The position numbers and the translations under genes were made by a program. This document shows, piece after piece, positions 48,694 through 58,000 of a DNA stretch of 64,000 bases. The stretch spans positions 4,884,419 through 4,948,418 of the forward strand of contig OZ247499.1 of the NCBI GenBank assembly GCA_965233625.1, in the 5' to 3' direction. The notes beneath the pieces were generated by a model. The model did no database searches. It had not been told where the DNA came from and worked only from the letters and a program-made list of their open reading frames with translations. How positions within the stretch are numbered: the first letter of the stretch is position 1; each line of letters opens with the position of its first letter. Origin of the DNA: Pirellulaceae bacterium (GTDB lineage: Bacteria > Planctomycetota > Planctomycetia > Pirellulales > Pirellulaceae).

Positions 48694-49263
48694 TCACACG
48701 CTTTGCGCAGTGGCGGCGTTAAAGCAGTGATCAAACAGCAGGCGCCACTCTGCGTGGGCTATGTCGCGGGCCAGTTTTTCGTGCCCGTCGTTGTTGCCTG
48801 CGACAGATTCGACAAAGTCGATAAAGCCGAATGCATCCCAGTCGCCGTTGCCGTCTAAGAATTTGCCGGTTGCATCAACGTCCGCTTCGGAGGCAAGCGT
48901 TCCCGCCAGCGGACCAAGTTTGTCGAACACGGCGTGATCACCCGTGCGGCGGAACCAGTACTTCGCATTGGGATAGTCCGGTTCGCGGCGGTGCATGATG
49001 CCGTGCCAGTAACTGCCCGAAGCCGAGGGAATATCCTGGCTGATGGTGTGCGACTGATCCAGAAAGTTGTGCAGCAGCCACAACCCGGAAATGCAGCACT
49101 GCGCCATCTGATGGTCCACCACATGCAAGCCCGCGAACGCGCTGTCAACCGTCAGCTTCCGCAGCGCGGCCCGGCTGGTTTCGTCAGTGGCGCCAGGGCC
49201 CAGTTCGCACAGGCTGGCGCTCTCGATCAAGTCGGTAACCGGCGCCGGATAGTTGGTCGTCAT
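48694..49263 (-). CDS. hypothetical protein (189 aa), bracketed by PRE copies C and D
   Basis: ORF with no recognisable motif. Confidence 0.45.
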   Translation of the reverse strand: MTTNYPAPVTDLIESASLCELGPGATDETSRAALRKLTVDSAFAGLHVVDHQMAQCCISGLWLLHNFLDQSHTISQDIPSASGSYWHGIMHRREPDYPNAKYWFRRTGDHAVFDKLGPLAGTLASEADVDATGKFLDGNGDWDAFGFIDFVESVAGNNDGHEKLARDIAHAEWRLLFDHCFNAATAQSV

Positions 49264-49397
49264 CGGAATCAGAATGTGAAGCCGCGTTGCTGTAAGTCCA
49301 TCGTTAATCCGTAGGATCGAGCGATGATTGTAGCAAAACGCCTGTCAACTGTATGCCGGTCGTTCTAGCAACGCGTTGATGCAGGACGGATTCTGTG

Positions 49398-49430
49398 CCC
49401 CCTCACCCTAACCTTCTCCTCGAAGGTAAA
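49398..49430. repeat. degenerate copy of the ~40-bp 'ccctcaccctaacc(c/t)tctcc' element
   Basis: The sequence gccccctcaccctaaccttctcctcgaaggtaaagg shares the first ~22 nt with the other three copies and then diverges. Confidence 0.5.
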
Positions 49431-49496
49431 GGTATCTACACAAGTGGAAACCTGAAGAAGGTGAATTAGCTTTAGAACTTTATTCGACGCACTAAA

Positions 49497-49664
49497 CACT
49501 AACCCGAAGCGCAAGCGAGGGGCGCCAGAGTCTGGAGCTAATAGCCCGTCGGGGCAACTCGTTCGATCTGGAATGTAATCGCCAAAAGTCCTTGTTCGCA
49601 GCGGTAAGTCAAACGCCCCTCGCTCGCGCTTCGGGTTAATGTGCGCGAGCGAAAAACTTGTGTA
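49497..49664 (-). repeat. PRE copy D, in inverted orientation, plus the flanking 'cgcgagcgaaaaacttgtgtag' motif
   Basis: The sequence runs cactaaacactaacccgaagcgcaagcgaggggcg...cgccaaaagtccttgttcgcagcggtaagtcaaacgcccctcgctcgcgcttcgggttaatgtg. Confidence 0.8.
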
Positions 49665-49738
49665 GATACCAATGCCAAAGGGTCGAGGGAACCAGATGTG
49701 GCGATTAGATAACGCCACAACGTCGTATGCCGGTCGTT

Positions 49739-50647
49739 CTAAACCGCGGTGGCTGCTTCTTCGTAGCAGACAACCAGTGTGCGGCTTGGCACCGCCAGTT
49801 TCAGCACTGGGGCGAAGTCTTCGTAGCTGGTGTCAACGTGTGACAGTAGCTCTCTAAGCCCAGGGCCGTCCGATGTGTTGATGCGGTTGTAAACGCTTTC
49901 AAACTCTTCGCGTTCGCTCCACATCGGATCGTGCACGGCGGGCAGCAAGGCCGAAAGGCTGACCGAAAGCTCTGGTACGGGCGGCTGCGATGCGGCCAGC
50001 AGGTCGTCCAGGTTCGGGTGCGCTTCGATCAGCACGGCGAATGCCTCGGGCAGACTCCAGCTGCGCGCCATCACGCCAGCTGCGTCAGCATGCGTCCAAC
50101 CGAAGCGTTCCATCTCTAGTTCCGACAGGCGCCGGCGGCCAGCGTCGCGGCCACTCAGCAGCTCTGTGTATTCTTCCGGCATCTCTTTGGCCAGCATCGG
50201 CACGGCCATGTCCTGCAGCAAAGCAGCGGCAAACAGATCTTCGGCGTCTTTCAGTCCCAGCTGTTTGCCCATCGCGCGGGCGAACAGGCCGCGGCGTAGC
50301 GAATCCTGCCACAGGCTCTTCAGTTCAAACGGGCCGCACTTCGGATTGGGCATCAGACTGAATACCGCGCTCCACAAGGCGAAGTTCTTGATCGTACGGA
50401 TGCCAACCAGCGTGATCGCCAGCTTCACACTCGAGATTTCCCGCGAGAAGCCGAAGTAAGAAGAGTTCACAAACTTCAGCACCTGACCGGTCAGGCCCGG
50501 GTCTGCTTCAATCGGTACAGCGAATTCCTGCGGGCCGTTATTGGGATCTTGCGATAGCTCTAACAGGCGGATCGCGCTTTGCGGCAGCGCGGGCAGTTGA
50601 GCATTGGCAAGGACTTCATTGAGCTTCTGTGTTGCGGCTGCATCCAT
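49739..50647 (-). CDS. HDOD domain (HD-related output domain) signalling protein
   Basis: LPALPQSAIRLLELSQDPNNGPQEFAVPIEADPGLTGQVLKFVNSSYFG is the canonical HDOD N-terminus. Confidence 0.8.
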   Translation of the reverse strand: MDAAATQKLNEVLANAQLPALPQSAIRLLELSQDPNNGPQEFAVPIEADPGLTGQVLKFVNSSYFGFSREISSVKLAITLVGIRTIKNFALWSAVFSLMPNPKCGPFELKSLWQDSLRRGLFARAMGKQLGLKDAEDLFAAALLQDMAVPMLAKEMPEEYTELLSGRDAGRRRLSELEMERFGWTHADAAGVMARSWSLPEAFAVLIEAHPNLDDLLAASQPPVPELSVSLSALLPAVHDPMWSEREEFESVYNRINTSDGPGLRELLSHVDTSYEDFAPVLKLAVPSRTLVVCYEEAATAV

Positions 50648-51227
50648 CGTTATGTTCCTATGGCGCCTAGCGGTGGGTCGCCCGTATTTCGCGGTATGGC
50701 TGCCGCCCTGCCCGGTAAGGGAGCTTTACGAATCGAAGACGGCGGACTGCTGAAATCTACGACACAGAATCCGCGCCGTCCAACCAAACTGCTGCGTTCT
50801 ACCGCAGTGCTTGTTTTGAAGCATTTTCGCCGCACGATGGGCTGCAAAATGTGGAGTTTCTGCATCAAATCTTCGCGTTGAAACCAGCAATGAAGCGTTT
50901 CGTAGGCTTCGCCAGCAGTGGCGCGCTGTTTGCCTGTAGATCAGTGCCCCGGCTGATTGCTGCGGCATACGTCGCCGGTTCAAAAAATCCACCGCCGGGC
51001 TGGAATAATCGCTGCGAACAGAGCCTTCCGTAAAACCCGCTCAGATATCACACGGACGGGGAAACTAACACGTTCCCACGTCAACTTCCTGCAATTACTA
51101 TCGGTACGGACACCCGCAGAATTCGTCGAACGCAAAACGTCCGCAGACCATCACATTGTGGACACTCCGACACTATTTTCATTCGCCTCTTAACCGGTCG
51201 AAGCTGCCGGCTAGTCAATATCCTGCC

Positions 51228-54200
51228 ATGCAACAGCCGTCACCCACTGAAAACAATCCGGGCGCCTCTTTCCCTCTCCAGGTAAGCACGGAACAATACC
51301 CATTCTTGCGCGACCATCAGGTGCAAGAGGCAACGCTACTTCCGGGCGCCTTGTATGTGTCAGTAGCGTCGGAGGCGTTTATCGCTGCCAGGCAGGATAC
51401 GAACAACGCTGAGGTGTTGCAGTTAACGCAAGTGAACTTCCTGCGGCCACGATCACTCAGCGGCACGGAACAGGTAACGCTGCAGGCCAACGATGTGCAG
51501 CCGCAACCCAACGCACCGCTGTGCCAGGGTTCTGTCACTGACGGTGAAAACACCCTGGTCGAATTTTACGCAGCCGCGCTACCGGCGCCTTCTATCAACC
51601 GCCTGCCGGCGCCTGCTATTTTAGAACAGGATGTCTCGTCCGCCTTTTACCAGCGGCTTCAGGAAGTAGGCAACCAGTACGGCGCGGCCTTTCAACCGCT
51701 GCGCAACTTACAGACCAAACCGGAGCAGGCTGCTGCCACGGTGATGGTTCCTGCCCCTGCGGCGCCGTTACGAATCCACCCGGTGCTGATCGACGCCCTG
51801 GTGCAGACGCTTGCGGCCTGCGTGGCCGAACCCGAGGGCCCCTATCTGCTATCCGCCGTCGCGAACATCGAATTAGATCTACGGGCGTTGCAAAGAGCGT
51901 TGTCCACCGGCGGCACGTTGCATAGCATTGCGGCCCGGAAGAGCAGCCACGAAGACGCGTCGCAGATAACGGGCGACGTGCAGCTGCTTGCCGCCAACGG
52001 TGAAGTGCTGATCGCCATGCAGGATGTCTCGCTGGTCTACCCGCAGGCAAAGCCACCAGAGCAGCGCATTGGCATTGCGGCCACGTTTACCGCCGAACCA
52101 CTGGCCGACGCCGTTGCATTCTGGGGCGCGCACTTTCAGGCGCCGTTGCAGGCTTCCTTCGCCCCGTACAACCAGGTGCATCAGCAACTGCTCGACCCGG
52201 GCAGCGTGCTTGCCCACCCGCAGAACGCGGCCAACGTCCTTCTGTTCTGCTGGCAGGACTGGGTCCAGAAAGCCTTCCGTCCGCTTACCGCCGACGAGAC
52301 GGCCCGGCAGCGTGTTGAAGCAGAACACGCCACGAAGAAGCTACCCGCGGGTATTCAGGTCGCCCATCTCAATCCGTACGAAACCGATTACGTCTTCAAC
52401 GAGATCTGGGTCGACCGCTGTTATTTGAAGCACGGCGTCTCGCTCGAGGATTGCCAGTGTGTGCTCGACATCGGCGCCAACATCGGACTGTTTTCGCTAT
52501 TCGTAAAACAGCACGCGCCGGATGCGAAAGTTTACTCGTTCGAACCATCGCCCCGTGCCCATGCGGCCCTTACCGCCAACGCGGAAATGTATGGCGGCGG
52601 TTCTATCACGCCGTTGCCGTGCGGCGCCGGAGAGCACGATGGCCACGCGACCTTCACCTTTTACGAGGCATCTTCCGTCTTCTCCAGCTTCTACGCTGAC
52701 GCGGGCGAAGATCACGCGGCGGTCGAAGCCATCGTTGCCAACATGGTGCGGACATCGCTGGGCGAAGACGCGGCACAGGACGCCATCGACGCGGCCGTTG
52801 CCAGTTTTATGAACGGCCGCATGAACAGCCAGACACTCCAGTGCGAGCTACGCAATGTTTCCAGCATCATCCGTCAGCACAACATCGACCGCATCGATCT
52901 GCTGAAGCTGGATGCGGAGAAAAGCGAACTGCCCGTGCTACGTGGCATCGCCGATGAACACTGGCCCATGATCCGGCAGGTTGTCGTAGAAGTTCACGAC
53001 CGCGAAGGCCCTGTGCTGGCGGAAGTGCAAAGCATTCTCGAAAGCCGTGGCTTTGAAGTGGCGGTGGAAGAAGAAACCTTGCTGCATGGCTCCGGGCTAT
53101 TCAACGTTTTTGCGATCCGCCCTGGGCAGAACAAAACCGCTGCCCAGAAGCAGCAAGACGCGGCAGATGTTTCCGCCCGTGTGGAAGAATTCGTCGCCAA
53201 CCTGCAAGCTTTCGCCTCGACCAATATCACGCCCTTGCTGCTAATGAGTTGCCCGCCGCATGGCGAAGAGGGAAGCAGCGCCGACCATCAGCAGGTAGAA
53301 AGGCAGATCGCCGCCGCGCTGCAACCTTACCGCCATATTCAATTGCTTACGTCGCAGGAGATCAGCCAGCTTTACCCGGTTGCGGAAATTCACGACGCGC
53401 AAGCCAATGCCCTGGGACATGTGCCTTATACCAGTGGCTACTTCACTGCGCTGGGCGCCTGCGTCGCCCGTCACTGGCTGAAGCATCGCGCACCGGCGCC
53501 CAAGGTGATCGTCCTGGACTGTGACCAGACCTTGTGGGGCGGCGTCTGTGGCGAAGACGGCGCCAGCGGCGTCACGCTCGATGAACATCGCATCGCTTTC
53601 CAGCAGCGGATGGTGGAGCTGATGAACCAGGGGCTGCTGCTGGCCGTCTGCAGTAAGAACACGCCGGCGGATGTCGAGGCCGTGTTCAACGGGCGTGAGA
53701 TGCCGCTCAAACGCGAACACTTCACCGGCTGGAAAGTGAACTGGAATGCGAAGTCGCAGAACCTGCACGAACTTGCCGCGGAGCTGAACCTCGGCCTGGA
53801 TAGCTTCATCTTCATCGACGACAACCCGCTGGAATGCGCCGACGTAGCTGCCAACTGCCCCGGCGTGCTGGTGATGCCATGCCCGGCGGAAAGCCGCGCA
53901 ATCCTACCCATGCTGGACCACGTCTGGTCGCTCGACCTTCAATCCAGCAGTGACGAAGACAGCCGTCGCACGCAGATGTACCGCGACGAAGCCAGCCGGC
54001 AGCAGGCCCGCGCGGCGGCGCCGACGCTCAAGTCGTTCATCGACAGCCTGCAATTACAGGTCCGCATCGCGCCCGTCACTCCCGCTCAGTTACCGCGTGC
54101 GGCGCAACTTACGCAACGCACCAATCAATTCAACGCATCCACCATCCGCCGCAGCGAAGCGGAACTGCAACAGCTTCTGGACAACGGCCACAGCGTGCAC

Positions 54201-55001
54201 ATGGTTCACGTGCAGGACCGCTTCGGCGATTACGGCGACACCGGCCTGTTGATCTTCCAGATAGCGGCCGGCGTGCTGCATGTAGACACGCTGCTTCTTA
54301 GCTGCCGCGTTCTGGGCCGCGGCGTAGAGCATCAACTGCTCGCGCACCTGGGACGCATCGCCATGGAACAAGGCGCCACGCGGATTGAAATCCCGTTCGA
54401 GCCGACAGAGCGGAACCAACCAGCCCGCGACTTCCTCGCTTCGCATTGCATTGGCCAGCCGTTTACCACCAGCGCAGAATCCGCCGCCAGCGTGCAGTAC
54501 AACCCGCAAGCAGCCGCCACGGCGACGGCCGCACCACTTCCACAACAACAACCCTCACGGCGTCAGTTGTTCAACGAACCGCTTGCGCAGATCGCCACAG
54601 AGTTGCAGACCGTTGAGCAGATCAGCCAGGCGACGCAGGCAACGCAGCGGCGCCCGCGGCCCGCCGAATTACCCGCCGAGACGCCGCCTGCCAACGACCT
54701 GGAACGGAACATCGCTGCCATCTGGTGCGAACTGTTGAAGCTCGAAAGCGTCGGCGTGTGCGACGCGTTTAAAGATGTAGGCGGCACCTCGCTGCTGGCT
54801 GTTCAGTTGATCGCCCGGCTGAAGTCGTCGCTGGATATCGACCTGCCTGTTGTGCAACTTTTCGAACGCCCCACCATCCGCCAGATCGCTGCCTACCTCA
54901 GCAACTCCGCTGACAGCCAGCCTGCGGAAGACGCCGCCGCCACAGCCCGCGACCGCGCCAGCCGCCGTAAGGCCCGCGCCGCATCCCGCCGCCGCGGGTA
55001 A
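51228..55001 (+). CDS. PKS loading protein: PKS-type dehydratase (DH) - FkbM-family methyltransferase - FkbH-like (HAD phosphatase-type glyceryl transferase) - ACP
   Basis: DH motif: LRDHQVQEATLLPGALYV (HxxxGxxxxP). FkbM motif: VLDIGANIGLFSLFV. FkbH motif: VIVLDCDQTLWGG (DxDxT) with FIFIDDNPLE. Carrier protein: AFKDVGGTSLLAVQLIARL. The first ATG is at 51228; the reported ORF start at 51156 is a TTG. Confidence 0.8.
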   Translation: MQQPSPTENNPGASFPLQVSTEQYPFLRDHQVQEATLLPGALYVSVASEAFIAARQDTNNAEVLQLTQVNFLRPRSLSGTEQVTLQANDVQPQPNAPLCQGSVTDGENTLVEFYAAALPAPSINRLPAPAILEQDVSSAFYQRLQEVGNQYGAAFQPLRNLQTKPEQAAATVMVPAPAAPLRIHPVLIDALVQTLAACVAEPEGPYLLSAVANIELDLRALQRALSTGGTLHSIAARKSSHEDASQITGDVQLLAANGEVLIAMQDVSLVYPQAKPPEQRIGIAATFTAEPLADAVAFWGAHFQAPLQASFAPYNQVHQQLLDPGSVLAHPQNAANVLLFCWQDWVQKAFRPLTADETARQRVEAEHATKKLPAGIQVAHLNPYETDYVFNEIWVDRCYLKHGVSLEDCQCVLDIGANIGLFSLFVKQHAPDAKVYSFEPSPRAHAALTANAEMYGGGSITPLPCGAGEHDGHATFTFYEASSVFSSFYADAGEDHAAVEAIVANMVRTSLGEDAAQDAIDAAVASFMNGRMNSQTLQCELRNVSSIIRQHNIDRIDLLKLDAEKSELPVLRGIADEHWPMIRQVVVEVHDREGPVLAEVQSILESRGFEVAVEEETLLHGSGLFNVFAIRPGQNKTAAQKQQDAADVSARVEEFVANLQAFASTNITPLLLMSCPPHGEEGSSADHQQVERQIAAALQPYRHIQLLTSQEISQLYPVAEIHDAQANALGHVPYTSGYFTALGACVARHWLKHRAPAPKVIVLDCDQTLWGGVCGEDGASGVTLDEHRIAFQQRMVELMNQGLLLAVCSKNTPADVEAVFNGREMPLKREHFTGWKVNWNAKSQNLHELAAELNLGLDSFIFIDDNPLECADVAANCPGVLVMPCPAESRAILPMLDHVWSLDLQSSSDEDSRRTQMYRDEASRQQARAAAPTLKSFIDSLQLQVRIAPVTPAQLPRAAQLTQRTNQFNASTIRRSEAELQQLLDNGHSVHMVHVQDRFGDYGDTGLLIFQIAAGVLHVDTLLLSCRVLGRGVEHQLLAHLGRIAMEQGATRIEIPFEPTERNQPARDFLASHCIGQPFTTSAESAASVQYNPQAAATATAAPLPQQQPSRRQLFNEPLAQIATELQTVEQISQATQATQRRPRPAELPAETPPANDLERNIAAIWCELLKLESVGVCDAFKDVGGTSLLAVQLIARLKSSLDIDLPVVQLFERPTIRQIAAYLSNSADSQPAEDAAATARDRASRRKARAASRRRG

Positions 55002-55049
55002 ATCGCAGCATGTCTGTAAGCTTTCCCACTGCTTTCAACCAGAACAACT

Positions 55050-58000
55050 ATGTATCAGCCAGGTGAATTTGATATTGCCATCATCGGACTCGCCGGGAAG
55101 TTTCCCGGTGCGGATTCCGTAGATGCGTACTGGCGGAATCTGGTGGAAGGCCGCGAATGCATCCGCTTCTTTTCCGATGAAGAACTCGACCGCGCCGGCG
55201 TGCCGCGCGAGATTTATCAGCGGCCCGGATACGTCAAAGCGGCGCCGGTGATCGAAGGACCCGGCCTGTTCGACGCCCGCTTCTTTGGCTACTCGCAGCG
55301 CGATGCAGAGCTGATGGACCCGCAGCATCGCGTGTTCCTGCAATGCTGTTATCACGCGCTGGAAAACGCGGGCCATACGGCTGATGGCTTCGACGGGCGA
55401 GTCGGTGTTTACGCCGGCTCTGCGATGAACACTTATTTTCTCTACGCGAATCTTGCCGAGCGGTTTGCCGAAGATTATCTGCCGACGCTGCTTGCCAGTG
55501 ACAAAGATTTTCTTTCGACACGTGTCTCGTATCAGTTGAACCTGACGGGACCCAGCCTGACCATTCAAACCGCTTGTTCAACTTCGCTAGTGGCGGTTCA
55601 CACCGCGTGTCAGAGCCTGATTAACGAAGAATGCGATATGGCGATGGCCGGTGGTGTTTCCATCCGCGTGCCGCACATCGCAGGGCATCAGGCAGAGGAG
55701 GGCAGCGTGTTCTCGCCCGATGGCCATTGCCGCCCGTTCGATGCGAGCGCCGCCGGCACCATCTTTGGCAGCGGCGCCGGCGTGGTGGTGCTGAAACGCG
55801 CGATAGATGCCGTGGCTGATGGTGACACAATTATGGCAGTCATCAAAGGCTCAGCCGTGAACAACGACGGCAACCGCAAGTCCGGCTACACGGCGCCCGG
55901 TGTCGAGATGCAGTCGCGGGCCGCGATTGAAGCCTATGCCGCCGCCGGGATTGAACCAGCGATGATCTCGTACATCGAAGCGCACGGCACCGGCACGTAT
56001 CTGGGCGACCCGATTGAAGTCGCCGCGCTTACTTCGGCCTTCCGCACGCAGACGCAGCAGCAACAGTTCTGCCGCATTGGCTCGGTGAAATCCAACATCG
56101 GCCACCTCGACGCCGCTGCCGGTGTCGCGGGGCTGATCAAGACCGCACTCGCCCTGAAGCACCGCACGCTGCCGCCCACGCTGCACTACACCACGCCCAA
56201 TCCGCAGATCGACTTCGCCACGTCGCCGTTCATCGTCAACCACCAGCTAACACCGTGGGCAACATCCAGTGCCGCGGATGATATCCGTTACGCTGCGGTC
56301 AATTCATTAGGCATCGGCGGCACGAATGCGCATCTGGTGCTGGAAGAAGGCCCGCGTGTGGAAGCTGCCTCACCAGGCGCAGAGCGGCCGCAACTGCTGG
56401 TTCTTTCCGCCAGAACAGAAACAGCGCTCGACGCCACGGCTGCCAAGGTTGTGTCACACCTGGTGGAAGACGGGACAACGTCGCTTGCCGATGCAGCCTT
56501 TACGTTACAGACCGGCCGCAACCGCATGGAGCACCGCCGCAGCGTTGTGGTGACGGACCGGGACGATGTTGAACTGCTCGCGGGTCAGCCCCGCGCCGCC
56601 AACCGGCTGGACAACCCGGACGTGATCTTCATGTTCCCCGGCCAGGGCGCCCAGTACGCTGGCATGGCCCGCGGCTTGTACGAACAAGACGCAGAATTCA
56701 AACGGCAGATCGATACGTTTCACGATCAGTTACTGGCCGAAAACAACATCGACTTACGCGGCGTTCTGTTCCCTGCCGCGGGTGAAGAACAGCAAGCTGC
56801 CGAATTGCTGCGGCGGACGCATGTAACGCAGCCCGCGTTGTTCGCCATTGAATACGCGCTGGCGCGGTTGTTGATGCGGTGGGGCGTTCAGCCCGCGGGC
56901 GTTACCGGGCACAGCGTTGGTGAATATGCGGCGGCGTGTATTGCTGGAGTGATGCAGCCGGCGGATGCGCTACGGCTGGTCGCGCTGCGCGGCGCCATGA
57001 TCAGCGAACTGCCTGAGGGCAAGATGCTGGCTGTTGCGTTACCGGGTGAAGCGGTGCAAGAGCGGCTGGACGCGCGGCTGGAACTTGCGGCCATGAACAG
57101 CCCCGGCGCCAGCGTCGTGGCAGGCGACGCTGCGATGGTGGACGCGTTTGAAGCGGAACTAAGCAACGCCGGCGTGCCGTGCCAGGTTTTGCGGACCTCG
57201 CATGCGTTTCACTCCGGCATGATGGCGCCGGTCCTAGAAGACTTCCGCGCGGCGGTTGAAAAGGTGCAACTCCGCCCCGCGCAACTGCCTATTTATTCCA
57301 CTGTCACCGGCGCCACGGCTGATCCCGCGGCCTACGCGCAGCCGCAGTTCTGGGTGGATAACATCCGGCAGCCCGTGCGGTTTTCAGAGGCCGCGGCGGA
57401 ACTTCTGAAACAACCCAACCGCGTGCTGCTTGAGACCGGCCCCGGCCAGACGCTCAGCGGTTTCATCCGCGAACAACCGGGCCACAACCAGCATCATGTG
57501 ATATGCACGTCGCTGCGCCATCCGCGCGAAGACGCTGACGATTACGCATTTCTACTGCGGACCCTCGGCAAGCTATGGGAGGCGGGTGTCACACCCGATT
57601 GGCAGAACATTCACGGAGCCAACCGGCAACGTGTGCCCCTGCCGGGATATGTTTTTGACAACGAGAATTACTGGCTCGCGCGCAGCACAACCGTAGGCAG
57701 CACTTCAACGACTACGACGCCGGCGGAACCATCTGAACCCGCCGCGCGGCCACAGATCCCGCGCCGGCCTGTCCCGCAGTGGCTCTACAAACCGAAGTGG
57801 CAAGCCGCTGAAACCGGTGCGTCTGACGAACCTTCGACCCTCATCAACCGCAGTACGGACAGCACCTGGCTGGTGTTTGGCGGGCGTGAATGGCTGCCGC
57901 AGGAAACGGCGAATGTTGTGACGGTTAAGCCGGGTGAGATGTTCCAGCAGATCAGCCGTCACGAATATCGCATCAACATCCATGCGGCGGAAGACTACCG

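Noticed and set aside
51156-51227. TTG start at 51156 for the PKS loading gene
   Set aside because: There is no SD, and the ATG at 51228 is the first ATG. The DH domain begins well downstream either way, so the start remains uncertain.
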